This document shows positions 1 to 12,737 of a stretch of 64,000 nucleotides of DNA, one piece after another (the stretch's first letter is position 1; the number at the start of each line of letters is the position of its first letter). The position numbers and the translations under genes are program-made. Under the pieces are notes generated by a model. That model ran no database searches. It was not told where the DNA came from and worked only from the letters and a program-made list of their open reading frames with translations. This DNA comes from Felis catus (lineage: Eukaryota): positions 183,584,001-183,648,000 of the forward strand of contig NC_058368.1 in NCBI RefSeq assembly GCF_018350175.1, given 5' to 3'.

Positions 1-2250
1 AATTTTCCTATTCTTAATTGATCCAAAAAGAAAACTCTTTGTTGAAAGTAATAATACTAATAATATATTTAATGATTATAGTATAGGGATGAGTGAAATG
101 AATTACAGCAAGGTTAAAAGGGATGGGAAAAAGAAACTGAACATGCTCTTTTGTATGTTACTTGCACTACATGGGAAGCAATATAGTGTTAGTTGAAGGG
201 GGATTTGGGTTATTTCAAGGGAAATAACTATTTTTTTGAAGAAACCTAACTGATATGCAAATACAGGAGATAAAATGGAATCATATAAAATGCTCAGTTA
301 AAACCTGAGAAAGGATAAAAGGGGAAGCAGGAAACAAAAGACAATTATGATAAAAAGAAAACAGTTACAAAAAGGTAGATATTACATCCAAATACATCAA
401 GAATCACTTTAAATATGAATGGTTCACATATGTTAATTAAAAACAGAGATTGTCAGAGTGAGCTATCAAGCCAGAAATGACATGGATCAACTTTAAATGC
501 TTATCCCTAAGTGAAAGAAACCAGTTGGAAAAGGCTACAAACTGTATGATTCCAATCATATGTATGACATTATGGGAAAGACAAGACTACACAGACACTG
601 TAATGATCAATGGCTGACACAGCATGGGACAAGAGAAGAATGCTGAACGGTGAAGCACAGGGAATTTTTTTAAGGTAGTGAAACTGTTGTGTATGAGACC
701 AAGATGGTGGATGTATGACTATATATTAATGAAAACATATTGAACTTTACAGTAGCACAAAGGTTGATCCTTAATATATACAACATTTAAAAAAACTGTT
801 TAGGATATCAAGGGTTCCCAGGAGGTAATGCAGACTGTAACAAAAGAATTTAACTCTATTAAAATTGTACGGACAACATCACTGGAGGACGTGGTGAAAA
901 AGATGTCGACCTAAGTAACTTGGAAGTAAGGAAATCCTATAAAACAAGTGGGGGGGGGGGAAGAAAAAGGACATAAGTCCTGTAGTCTAATTGATAATGT
1001 TGTTTCTAGTAATGGTATAGGTCTATAATTCTGATACTCCTATGTATGCACACTGGAAAGGAACAATAAGGTAAGTCGATAGCAGATGGTATGAGTCAGG
1101 TTTCTTATTATAGGAATGGGAATTTACAAATAAGCAAGGGGACAAAGACAGAAAGATTCATGTGGTAACAGATGAGAGTTGGAGACATCCATATCAATTC
1201 ATGTTTAGCTTAATATAAAGAAGCTTGTTATGTAATGACACTCCAGTAGCAATAAGTACACCTACTGTCCAAGTCTTGCTTTCATTGTTTGACAAAAGGA
1301 ACGAGGGATCTTTAAAAAATGGCCAATTATAGTCAGGGGCTAATATAGCAGAAAATTTACAGTATCTTATAATGAAAGGAAGGAAAGGTCACAATGATGG
1401 GGGTATGTCATAGAACACAGGAGCCAAATGAAAGAGTTCTTGATGGTCAAGATGAAAATGTTTGTGCAAACAAAATAAATAAAATAGTTTTGGCTTATAA
1501 CCCAAAGTATGATATAAATATCCACGGGTTAATACTGATACAAAAATGATTACAAAATAAATGAGAGAAAATATATAAGCACCTCATTCCAAACAATTGA
1601 TACTTGATACTCTAAGGAGTCAGAATATATTTCTTCAAATCTTAATGTTGGCTTTTCATAGTAACTTCTTTCTAAGGAGTAGATAGCATAGAAAGGGAAG
1701 AAAAGACTAATTTTATAGTAGAGAAACCCAATAAAACCGTATGTGCAAGCTGTATAAGGCTAATGTCAATAGTGATAAATTATGTTAGTAATATGCATTC
1801 TTAATGTAACATAATGAAAATGGCACTTTACCTTTGTGATCATCCTACCAAAAATTCATAACCCCAATTTAATCATGAAAATGTGAGTAAATACCTGTGC
1901 AGTACTCCTCAAAACCATCAACTTGATCAAAAACAAGGAAAGTCTGAGAAACTGTCATAGCCAAGAGGACACTACGAAAATATGATGACTAAAGGTAATG
2001 TGGTATCCTGAATGGGATCTTGAATAAAAATAAGACAAAATTAAGGAAATGTAAAAAAACTTCAGTAAATAATAATGTATCAGTATTGACCCATTAACTG
2101 TAACAAATGTACCAAATTAATATAAAAAGTCAACTATACCATTAATATAAGAAGTCAATTATAGGAGACAATGGCTGCAGAGAATGAGAATTTTGTATTA
2201 TCTTCATAAGTTATTATCAGTCTAAAACTATTCAAAAGGAAAAAATCTTA
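1..2250 (+). mobile_element. Old LINE-1 relic (L1MC-like, probably L1MC3/4 type): inter-ORF region and start of ORF2 joined to a long 3' end
   Basis: ORF2-start-like 'tttaaatatgaatgg...attaaaaacagagattgtcagagtg' at ~408-460. L1MC 3'-end motifs follow ('ctaagtgaaagaaaccagttggaaaaggctaca', 'aaaaacaaggaaagtctgagaaactgtcatagccaagagg', 'taatgtggtatcctgaatgggatc'), with an A-rich end near 2250. Confidence 0.75.
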
Positions 2251-3554
2251 ATGAGAAAAAAAGGTCAAAATATGGTGTACTTCCATGAATTTCAACGTAA
2301 GAAAATACTCTTGCCTTTTTAAGGCTTTAAGATGAATGGGAACTCAATACAGCAACAATGTTAAATGATTACTTTTGGTAATCGAAGAGGGTGGGTTTGA
2401 ATCCTTGTTCTAATACTGAAAAGATGAATTATCTTCAATGCTTATAAGTATTAGGTGCATGTGACACTAATATAATCACAACAGAAGAATTATGTACTGA
2501 AACCTTGAAGGGAAGAAATGCTTTCCAAAATAAGTTCAGATTACTTAATTTGAAGTTATAAATGCATCCGAATAGAGGCTAGTAGTGTGAATGCCAGTGA
2601 GCGTGTGTGTTTGCATATGTGTGTGACTGTTTGTATTTGTAGAAATCTGTGTTTGGAAAGCAACAGAAGCCTAGAAATGGAGCACAGAGTACCTAGTTTC
2701 AACAGTGTTTCCAGTCTAGTTCCAGAAAGAGGATGATCTGAATAAGAACTAGTATTCCTATGGTGGTAACAGGTAGAGTTGGATTCATGAAGCTATGTTA
2801 TTCAGGTGAGAACAATAAAATTCATCTATTTGATTTTTCCTGTGCTGTAACACATTTAGCAATTTAGAGTCTGACTATATTTAGGATTTCCATGTACATT
2901 TATACAAAGACAGTACACTGACTAGGAAAAAAAATGGCATATCTTCACATCTTTATTCCAAATATCTCTCCTTTAAAATCTAATAGATTCCTGATTTGTA
3001 TGCATCTATTCTGAGCTCAGTTAACCTGCAACATCCTTGGGTTTGATCAGCTTGTGATGTTTCAGGGCTTTTCCAAATAATATTCGACATTTTTGGATTT
3101 GGGTTTCTTCCAACTGCAACTTCCTTCTTCAATCAAATTAAACATGTTTAATTCATTTGGATCTAAGATTAAAGTATTTATACTATAAATTTAAACTTCA
3201 GTAAGAGTTACTCATTAAATCAGTATAAATATTAGTAAGTGGAAATATTAGTATTAGTGTTACTTCATTTATAATAGTCACACCCATGTCATATGACCAT
3301 TTTCCCAATTTACTCAAGAACATAAACATAAAATCATAAGAAACAAACACAAATTCAAAAGCATTTGAGAAAGAAAAATGGCATGTTGTTTTAGAGACAC
3401 TTTTCTAAGGTATTTTCTAGGCTCAATTGTTTTGAGTTTAAATACAGAGAATGGAAAGTGTTCAGTGGCATTTAGTTTCATGATGACTTTAAAGTAAAGG
3501 AGGAAGGCTGGACAAAAACATGTAAGGCGTGACTCTCCCAAGGAGTCGAGTACA

Positions 3555-3760
3555 ATAGTTATGACACAGGTATTGGAGCCAGATGGATGTGAAATGCAAC
3601 TCCAGCAATCCTTACGGCTTGCTGATAGTAAGGAAGTTTTCTACTTTCTCAAGGCCTCTTCTTGTTTCTTACTAGATAGGGACAATAATGCTATCCACTT
3701 TTATAATTGTAGCTTATCATACAACTAGTTCTCCATAACTTCTAATTATCATTGTAATTT
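3555..3760 (+). mobile_element. MIR SINE relic
   Basis: Degenerate MIR-like core 'ttggagccagatggatgtgaaatgcaactcc...aagttttctactttctcaaggcctc...agggacaataat'. Confidence 0.5.
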
Positions 3761-3926
3761 CTTTTGTCAGTATGATCATTAGGATGATAGTTATTATTTT
3801 ACTGTGCTACAAACACATAATCTGGTTCACTGGTTGGGTGTGTGGGAAAAACTATCCTATCAAACTAGGATTCTAAATAGTATTAATTTCATCCAATCAG
3901 ACTGAGACCCAATACACTACTACAAC

Positions 3927-3974
3927 TAATAATATTAATAATAATAATAATAATAACAACAACAACAACAACAA
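3927..3974. repeat. Compound (AAT)n(AAC)n microsatellite
   Basis: Directly visible. Confidence 0.95.
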
Positions 3975-4234
3975 GTCAATTCCCTGCTTTTAATCTTTCT
4001 TCAAACATAGGGCAAAAATGCTGTGAAGGATTGTAAATATATATTTTTTTCTTTAAGTATAAAGAATAATTTAAATTATCATAAAGAAATAGGCATAATA
4101 TTTCATATAAAAATCCAAAAGGATTGGACATAAAGATGGTCCTGTAATACTACAATGATTAATAATATTTTCACTGTGTCATAATGACTGTTAGTATATT
4201 GTACAGAAAGGAGTCAAACAAGAGTTCCAACATA

Positions 4235-4910
4235 TCTACAATCTGCTTATAGTTCACTTGGTGCCATATGATTAGTTCTGGCCCATGGAAATGAATAGAA
4301 ATGACATGCTACTTTGATACTGTGGAATTTGACATCCTTCCCATCTCTCTCTTTTTTATATCTGCCTCAACAACACTGGAGACTATGTTGTCCACAATGA
4401 AGATTAGATTTTCTGGAATCTGGATTTTCCAAGATACAGTTTAGTATACACTGTATGTAGTAAATAGTGCCTTTGGGATCAATAATACCTGTGGAAAGGA
4501 GAGGAAAGAAACAGGATTGGGCAGAGGATCAAATTTAAGCTGAGATCCTGGCACCTGTCTTGCTCTCTCCGGGAACTAGAAAACATTGAAAAGAGAAGGG
4601 AAGGGAAGGGAAGGGAAGGGAAGGGAAGGGAAGGGAAGGGAAGGGAAGGGAAGGGAAGGGAAGGAAAAGGAAAGGGCCTATTTAACGTCGAATATTACAT
4701 TGAAGCAGTCATGCCTTCACATACCTGCTTTAATCAGTCCTTAGATGCAATGAGTCCTTCTGTGATGCATCATCATGTCCACCACATTCCAAAAGGCACA
4801 ATTATAAGATGGAGAAAGGTTGCCAAAAGCAGCATTCGACTGTGACATTAAGATTAAGCCACTGGGTTTCAGGGCTTGTCTACTGCTTTGCTAGGGTTAG
4901 TTTTCCTAAT
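4235..4910. mobile_element. Old MaLR (MLT1-like) LTR with a nested ERVL LTR-like fragment (~4440-4560)
   Basis: MLT1-like 'catatgattagttctggcccatggaaatgaatagaaatgacatg' and 'ttaagccactgggtttcagggcttgt'. ERVL LTR-like 'ttgggatcaataatacctgtggaaagg...caggattgggcagagg'. Confidence 0.5.
4596..4676. repeat. (AAGGG)n polypurine pentanucleotide repeat
   Basis: 13 perfect units at 4596-4660 plus a degenerate tail. Confidence 0.95.
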
Positions 4911-5319
4911 ACAAGAATATATTAGAATGTATTTATCTCCTATATGATATCTTCTATATTAATTCTTATATTTACTGCACTATTTTTAAACCAAGTCAGT
5001 TTTATTTAGATCTATACTTGCACTGGCATATTAGGGAAATAATGTTATGAGAAAAAAAGAAAACCAGTTAGCATCTAATTTTATCATACTTAAAATACAA
5101 CCTGTAGGACTGAAACCTTTCATAGAGATGTATTTTCCCAGATTAGATCTTTCATTGGTTTGGCAAGAGAAACTTGCTGCTTAAAAAAAAATAAAGGAAA
5201 CATTATCATATAATGACCAATGGACATTCATTTTGGTTGTATGAGTAGTAATGCAGCTTCAAGTTTAAACAACATAAGGTTAAACGACTATGAGCTTTTA
5301 TGAATTTAAGAATAGCTGA

Positions 5320-5542
5320 GGGGCGCCTGGGTGGCGCAGTCGGTTAAGCGTCCGACTTCAGCCAGGTCACGATCTCGTGGTCCGGGAGTTCGAGCCCCGA
5401 GTCAGGTTCTGGGCTGATGGCTCAGAGCCTGGAGCCTGTTTCCGATTCTGTGTCTCCCTCTCTCTCTGCCCCTCCTCCGTTAGTGCTCTGTCTCTCTCTG
5501 TCCCAAAAAATAAATAAACGTTGAAAAAGAAATTAAAAAAAA
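5320..5542 (+). mobile_element. Young feline SINEC (SINEC_Fc-type)
   Basis: tRNA-derived head 'ggggcgcctgggtggcgcagtcggttaagcgtccgacttcagccagg', (CT)n, A tail. Perfect TSD AAGAATAGCTGA at 5308-5319 and 5543-5554. Confidence 0.97.
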
Positions 5543-7769
5543 AAGAATAGCTGAAATAAATATCGAAGTATAAATCCAATCCAATCCGGTATTGTTACAT
5601 GATTTCTAATTTGCAGTAGTCATATGCTGGTCTCAGAGAGTTAAATGCTAAGCAAAAGTACTCTAAGATGATATTAAGATCAAATGGCCACATAGCCAGG
5701 ATGTGCATTTTGAATAACATTTCCTCAATGATGAGAAAAGAAATGTTGGGTGCAGTGACTTTTAAACAATGGCCGAATAAGGTTACAATAAAATAAATCA
5801 GAGAAGTGAGATGGTTTAATGGCTTTTTAATGAGCCTAATGTTTTCCGTTTTAATGAGCCCTCTTACATCAGCTTTAATTATTTTATGAGAATGAGAAAT
5901 GATTGAGAAATGGCTTGCATTAATTCAATTTTCTGTTCAGTCTTCCCACAAGCCATTATGGCATAGTGGCTAATGGGAGTCAACTTGGATAAGTGGGAAC
6001 TTGGATAATAGGACAAGTCTCGGCTAAATTTAGTTAGACACTTGATATGTTAACTGGTGATAAGGTTATATTTCCTCATTTTGCAAAGAGTGCACACCAA
6101 ATGCCCACAAAGTATTTTAACACTATAGCACAAGCAAAAATTAATTAGGGCAGTTTAAATGAAGTATAATTTGTCCTAATTAATTCAACAAAATTGTGTT
6201 AAAAATCTTCTAGCTTTTTATTAGTGACCTGTTGAGATTAAAAGTGTACAAAAATAACTGAATTTTGAAATACAAATCTTTGATATAATCTGTGCTTAAA
6301 ACCATGTTAAGCTTTTATAATATAATACATATAAGGACACAATTTTCCTACTACCTAAAAGTAATATTAAACAGATTCTTTAGCTATGAACCAAATAAGG
6401 CCTGTCATATCCCAAATCTATGTCAAACTGTCACAAGAAACAGGTGATATTAAACAAAATATAAAATAAAGTAAAAAAAATGATGTTGTTCTCTGACATA
6501 TTAATCAATGTATTTTACAGTGAGTAACAAAAAAACAACTCTTAACTAAGGCTAAAAAAAAAAAACTGCGTGGCTCATTAAATTGACAGGAAAATTCAAG
6601 AATTAGGTCAGAAAGCATGAGTAGGAACAAAGTGGTTACACAGCAAATACAATCCATGTACAATTCATATACGATCCATATCGACCCAATGAGGACACCC
6701 CAAGCAATAGAAGTTTGAACTCCAGCAAGTTTCCAAAAGTACTGGGTGCCAGGCATGGCTGCTAGAACCAAAAATAAGGCCAGTCCAGAAACTGGATATG
6801 CTGGTCTTACTGCTATTCTCACAGCTTGAATAATCCTCTGCTTGACTATTGCAATGCAAAACCTTTACCAGGTGTAAAATTGGCCAAAATTCATTCTGAA
6901 GCCTGCTTCCTAGCTGCAAAAGAACCACAGAAGAAGTGAGTATGTAACATTTTAGTCTGCTTCATGGGAGATTGATTCTCCTCCCAACAAAAATTCTCAG
7001 AGAGAATACCCGAAAGGTAGCCAAAGAGGTTTGGCAGTTTGGAAAAAAAAGTAGAGCTCACTATAAATTATATATAAAATTAAAGAGAGATATAAACAGT
7101 AAAGATTAATAGTTAATAATTATAAGAAGCAAGCCAGCAGCAGTTGTAGTTCACTCCAGGGAAATGCAACTTTATCAATTCAATTCAAATGGAGTGTATG
7201 AAACCTCTATGTGACAGGTGCCATATTTAGTCCTCTATAGGAATATACAATGGAGGGGAAAGAGAGAAGGACTAAGCAACTAACATTTTCTAAAGTCACC
7301 AAGGTTATAAATATTTAGCTAATCTTTTTCAATAGGACCTGGCCTTCAAGGATTTAAGTATCTTGTATGGAAAAAAGAGAAGCAAGCTAATAAAGAATAA
7401 ACTATGTATGTAATATGTTCTAAACTCTCCTAAACATTAAAAAAAGAAAGCAAGACAGAAATGAAAAAGAGGAAAGACTGTATCTAAGGCATGAGATATT
7501 ATATTCATCGGGAGACACATTAAAAAAGTTTCCTCTGGCAAATAGTAAAATGTGACAGAAAATAAAGATTTTAATATTATAGCAATATAGCAAAGTTTAC
7601 TTCTTTTATTAAGATGTTTAAAAATATTGATTACATGACTGCTTATAATAAAAAAACACTTCCTCTAGAAAGGGCACTTTGTCATGATTTTATTTTTTCC
7701 AAATGTTCCTATGTATACATACCTATCTTTATACATGTATAATAATGCTTATCCTAGTCTAGTAGGATA

Positions 7770-8093
7770 CACAGCCCTTGAACAACACAGGTTTGAATTG
7801 TATGGCTCCACTCATATGTAAATCTTTTACAACACAGTAGTGTAAAATGTATTTTCTCTTCCTTACTATTTTCTTAATAACATTTTATTTTCTCTAGCTT
7901 ACTATATAGTTTTAAAAATATAGCATAAAATACATAGGACACACATAATATGTGCTGACTGTTACTGGTAAGGCTTCAGGTCGATAGTAGGCTATTAGTG
8001 GTTAAGTTTTGGGGGAGTTAAAAGTCATGTGCAGAGTTTTGACTGAGTCGGGGGTCAGTACCCCTAACCCCTGTGTTGTTCAAGGGTCAACTG
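7770..8093. mobile_element. Tigger2-derived non-autonomous DNA transposon (Tc1/mariner MITE, Tigger2a-like)
   Basis: Terminal inverted repeats 'cccttgaacaacacagg' / 'cctgtgttgttcaagggtcaactg', flanked by TA at 7768-7769 and 8094-8095. Confidence 0.88.
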
Positions 8094-8439
8094 TATGTGG
8101 AATTGCAGCAACATAAGAGAGGAAAAAGGAAGAAGAAAAAAAGTAAGGGAGGAGAAAAACTGCAACAACATATTAAGACAGAATATCTAAATATATCACT
8201 AGTTTAGGAAAGGGCAAGGACAAAAGAAGATAGTAGAGTATATACTGCACTGGAATTAAAGTGATTGTTCTCTAGGTGGAGAACAAGTAAATCACCCCAG
8301 AATTCACCAAATGAGACATTCCTTTCCATTCATCTCAAAAACATTCACAAATCTTCATTATGAGTTTTGATGATCAACTCCTCAGTCGCATCACAAAATC
8401 TACCTCCTGTAACATCAAGGAAATTGACCCAAAAGTATT

Positions 8440-9540
8440 GTAAGCTACCACTTTTTCTCTAAACCTCTAAGAGTTCCTTTCTATATTCAGTCCTATTTAT
8501 CCAACTTGTATTTTTAATCCAATTCCCTCCTGTTTTCCCTAGGATTTATTATTCTGTGCCTTCTTCCAATGCTTCCTCCCTTTTGTCTATAAACAAACTT
8601 AAGAGCTCACATTCTCCACTCCCCTTCCACACTTCACTACCTCCAGTTGATACAAAATCTTTTTCCTGCCCAAGCCATTTAAAACTCTTGAAAGAATCTT
8701 TTTAACCACTTCTATTCCTCACTGCTTTCTCCTGTTTTCTTGAAATCTGACTTCTGCTACCAAAAGAATTTTCAAGTATTTTCATTAAATGCTCTAATGA
8801 GCTCCCAAATGTCAAGTTTAGTAGCAACTGTTTACTATTCCTCTGATTGGGGTTACTTGCTAAATTTTGGAATTGCCAATCACTCCCTTTTTCCTGAAAT
8901 TCTCTAGCTGCTTGGTTACTTTACTATGATGTTGAATTGTTATGGATTTCCTAATACAGACCCCTATCTCTTTTATCTCTTCCCTGGATCCTCTTCACTT
9001 CCCTTTCCTGTACAACATGACTTTTAGAAAATTCGTACTCCCCATGATTTTGTATTCAACATTATGCTTCTGACTAAAGATTCTCTTCCTGAATGATCCT
9101 ATATGATTATATATGTTCAACTATGTCCTTTATGCTGATAATGCCTTACTTATTAGCTTTAGTCCCAACCTTTCCCTTGAACTTCTTACATATATTTAAT
9201 AACTATTACACATCTGTTTTTGATTGTTACAGAGCTAACTCATTACCAAAGAGTCAAAAACAGAACTCCCCACCTCCGTGCTACATCTTGCCCCCTCTTG
9301 TATGCATGTTTGCATCTGTGCCACCAATAAATATCCCGTCATAAGCAATTTGTCTTTGTCCCTACATTCAATTCAGTCACCAGGGCCTATTGAGTTACCT
9401 GCTACATACTTTCAAATCTATATTCTCTTCTCCATCCCCACTTGCTGTGTTTTAATTCACTCCTTTATTACTTGTCCCTTGTTCTATAAAAAGACTTCTA
9501 AAAGTAACATCATACAGTTTCATCTACAGTTAGGTTTATC
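8440..9540 (+). mobile_element. L2 LINE relic
   Basis: Pyrimidine-rich L2-like ORF2 sequence, e.g. 'aatcactccctttttcctgaaattctc', 'ccctacattcaattcagtcaccagggcc', 'ttctcttctccatccccacttgc'. Confidence 0.6.
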
Positions 9541-9985
9541 ACTGTGTACAGACAATAAAACCTGGGACATACTAAGCATAAAATATAAATTGTTTTATTG
9601 TGTAAAGATTGTTTTATATAAGCTTCATTTTTATAAATTTCTGATCTTATATTCATATACTAAAAACTGCTAGCATTTATTTTAAAAATCTGCTCAAGTT
9701 ACGAAGAAGGCTTTCAAATAGCATTTCGAAAATTGACATTAGTGAACATTAGTGTTCTGAAATATTTTAATGTTTCCCCCCAAATTTCCAAGATTAAATA
9801 TGCTTGAGAAATGTTCAGTTAAATAAATTAGATATTTCTATATTATAGGACTTATCAAAGCTTTTATTATGTTAACATGTGCCAAGAATTTTAAGAGGAA
9901 TGTATCATCCTCAGTATTCCATAAGCATTTGTGACTGCAGAGCCCCTCTATTATAGCGTAGCTATTAGCATACTTAGAATAATCA

Positions 9986-10204
9986 TTTTTTTTAATTTTT
10001 TTAACGTTTATTTATTTTTGAGACAGAGAGAGACAGAGCATGAATGGGGGGAGGGTCAGAGAGAGAGGGAGACACAGAATCCAAAGCAGGCTCCAGGCTC
10101 TGGGCTGTCAGCACAGAGCCCGAGGCGGGGCTTGAACTCACAGACCGCGAGATCATGACCTGAGCCGAAGTCGGACACAACCAACTGAGCCACCCAGGCG
10201 CCCC
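9986..10204 (-). mobile_element. Feline SINEC
   Basis: Reverse-complement SINE. TSD agcata(c/t)ttagaataatc at 9967-9984 and 10206-10223. Confidence 0.96.
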
Positions 10205-12023
10205 AAGCATATTTAGAATAATCTTAATAACATTACTTGAAAATACCATTCCAAACTATTTACAGAAACAATGAACTACATTTAGGTATAAATAATGTGA
10301 TATTTTTAGGTGACATGAAATAAACTGTTTTCATATTATTAGTTAATTTGCTGACGATTACTTTCTAGTCATTTCTGAATATACTGATTTCTGAAAAGCA
10401 AATTAAGACACTTGGAGTAGGGAGAAAAGATGAGTTTGAAATTGTTTTGTGTGTTAAGTGTGATTCCCAATGGAGTCTATTTAAATCCTTCTGAGATACT
10501 CATCCTTAATATCGCTAAGAAATACAGGATTAGGCTGGAATAAATTAGTGAGGTGATTAATTAAACTAGAAATATTTATCATTATTAAAAAGTGATATCT
10601 CAGGAAATCTAAATCTGTCTTTTCAAATTCATGCTTAACCTGGACTAAATTTAATAGACTCACTTTAGTATACTGACCTACAGCTCCAGTGTATAATGTA
10701 GACACTATGGAAAGCACAAGAATGTGATGGACTTTAGAGGAATGCAAGTGTGGACTTCTGAATTCATGTTTAATCTTACTTCACCTTGAATCTTACAGAA
10801 ACAAAATGATCATCTGGAACCTCTATGAATCTTGGAATGAAATAGAAAATTCTCACATAATTGAATCTGGTTTGCATAATGTTGCAGCATACATGTATAC
10901 ATTCATGCATACTAAGTGATCTTCTGAATATATGTTTCTATCATTTTGATGGAGAAGGAGAGTAGTGATCTAGACGACTACTTACACATTATTTCTCTGT
11001 GCTCAGATGTTTCCTTTTAAGTATGAAGAATTACTTTTTTTCTTGTGGGATAAAAGTTCATCTCACAATCACATGTCAAAAAGTGCAGCATTAGGCATAC
11101 TTCAGGGAGAAAATTCATTAAAAATCACCCAAGTTGACTACCTACTGGACCAAAGAGCCCTGGTGGGATGAAGCCTGTGGAGATCACTCCTAATGAGTAG
11201 AAGGAAGCAAAATGGAGAGATCCATTGTGGCCCTAAGATGAATTCATACCTATGTCCTAAAAAAGCAAATTAGAGGTCAGTCCACCTTAGCTAAAGAAGT
11301 AGGAATTGCCAAGAGAAAATTGACCACATAGCAGTCAATTAAGTGGATGTATTTTCCTCTCCTTCCTCATCTTACCAGCACATTGCTAGAGGGAAGACTT
11401 AAGGAGAAAGAGGGATCAAGTTTCAGAGACAAAAAATGCCTCCCTCTCTCCCTACCTTCTAACACCTGCAGTAGGCAGGCCCCCAGCTCAAGTCTACATG
11501 GGGAGAAGATGATAATCAAGATGAGAGAAAACTTTTATAATGATTGAAGTGGACTTTAATCAGTGATTGAAAATTACTTACCAGAGATGTGAATAAAACC
11601 ATTTTGATAGACCACAGTTGAAAGAAGTGATTGTAGAAAAACACACTCTTTGTGTTTACACCCCCAGTGAGCTGAGATTACTCAATAAACCAGTTTTATT
11701 GTGATTTTCATATTACATGGTCCCTAAACACAAGTCAATTCCTTCTGGGGCTTAACGAGAGAAAGAACAATCTGTCGCATCTCTGGGACAAAGATTGTGT
11801 CAGACTTGCTGAGAGAAAATATGCCCATCTTCAACACAAATTCATCCTAAGGAATTTTCAAAAGCAATTTTGACTCTCGGTAATTTTTTTCCTGCATGCT
11901 TTACCATACAAGCCATTTGTAAAATTCAACTTCTCTATGTAGTGCAACCAGCAAGTGGGCTGGTTTCATCATTGTTTTATTCATGAGGACATAGGCTGAC
12001 TAACCTAGAATTTCAGGCTATTG

Positions 12024-12134
12024 TAGATGACCAATAATCACAATTTGCCTGCAGCTGAAGAGTTTCCAGGATGCAGGACTTTCAGTACTTAAATTAGGAA
12101 AGTCCTGGACAAATCAAAAAGAACTGGTCACCCA
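12024..12134. mobile_element. hAT-Blackjack MITE (MER81-like)
   Basis: ~110 bp with 'tagatgacca...tggtcaccc' termini and internal 'ggactttcagtac...ggaaagtcc' inverted symmetry. Confidence 0.65.
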
Positions 12135-12249
12135 TCTAGTTCTACTTATTCTTCAAGGAGTAACCAAAGTGTCATTTCTTTCATTGAATCCTCTTCTCTA
12201 TGTTTCAGAGTGCAGAAACATTTAGCAGGTTGATGTATTATTAAGAGAT

Positions 12250-12457
12250 TTATTTTTTTAACTTTTTTAAATTTATTTTTGAGAGACAGAGAGAGAGAGA
12301 GAAAGGCAGAAAGAGGGGGAGACACAGAATCTGAAGCAGGCTTCAGGCTCTGAGCTGTCAGCACAGAGCCTCGACAGTGGGACTTGAACTTGTGAACTGC
12401 AGGTCGTGACCTGTTCCTAAGTCCGATGCTTAACTGACTGATCCACCCAGGTGCCCC
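12250..12457 (-). mobile_element. SINEC
   Basis: Reverse SINE ending 'ccacccaggtgcccc'; degenerate TSD around 'atgtattattaa'. Confidence 0.93.
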
Positions 12458-12486
12458 ACAGCTTTATGTATTATTAAAAGTAGAAA

Positions 12487-12708
12487 GGGGATGCTTGGGT
12501 GGCTCAGTTGGTTGAGCATCACTTCATCTTAGGTCATGATCTTGTTGTTAAAGACTTCCAGCATCACAGTGGGCTCCCTGCTGTCAGCCTGTCATCATAG
12601 AGCCTGCTTCAGATCCTCTGTCCCCTTCTCTCCCTGACCTCCCCGGTTTCTGTGCATGCTCTCCCAAAAAATAAATAAAACATTTTTTTAAAAGGTAAAA
12701 AAAAAAAA
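12487..12708 (+). mobile_element. SINEC (older, diverged)
   Basis: Head 'ggggatgcttgggtggctcagttggttgagc', CT-rich body, A tail. Confidence 0.9.
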
Positions 12709-12737
12709 GTAACAGCTTAATTGTTCCTATATTTAAG

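Noticed and set aside
5320..5400. tRNA-like heads with A/B boxes
   Set aside because: tRNA-derived SINE heads followed by CT-rich bodies and A tails, not tRNA genes.
5367..5579. Recurrent short ORFs of the 'RERETQN..QAPGS' / 'SAQVMIS..SSPASGS' type across the window
   Set aside because: Translations of SINEC copies.
6505..6928. Two minus-strand ORFs (105 and 87 aa), one hydrophobic
   Set aside because: Non-ATG starts, no recognisable family, and they overlap the + strand LINE-like relic.
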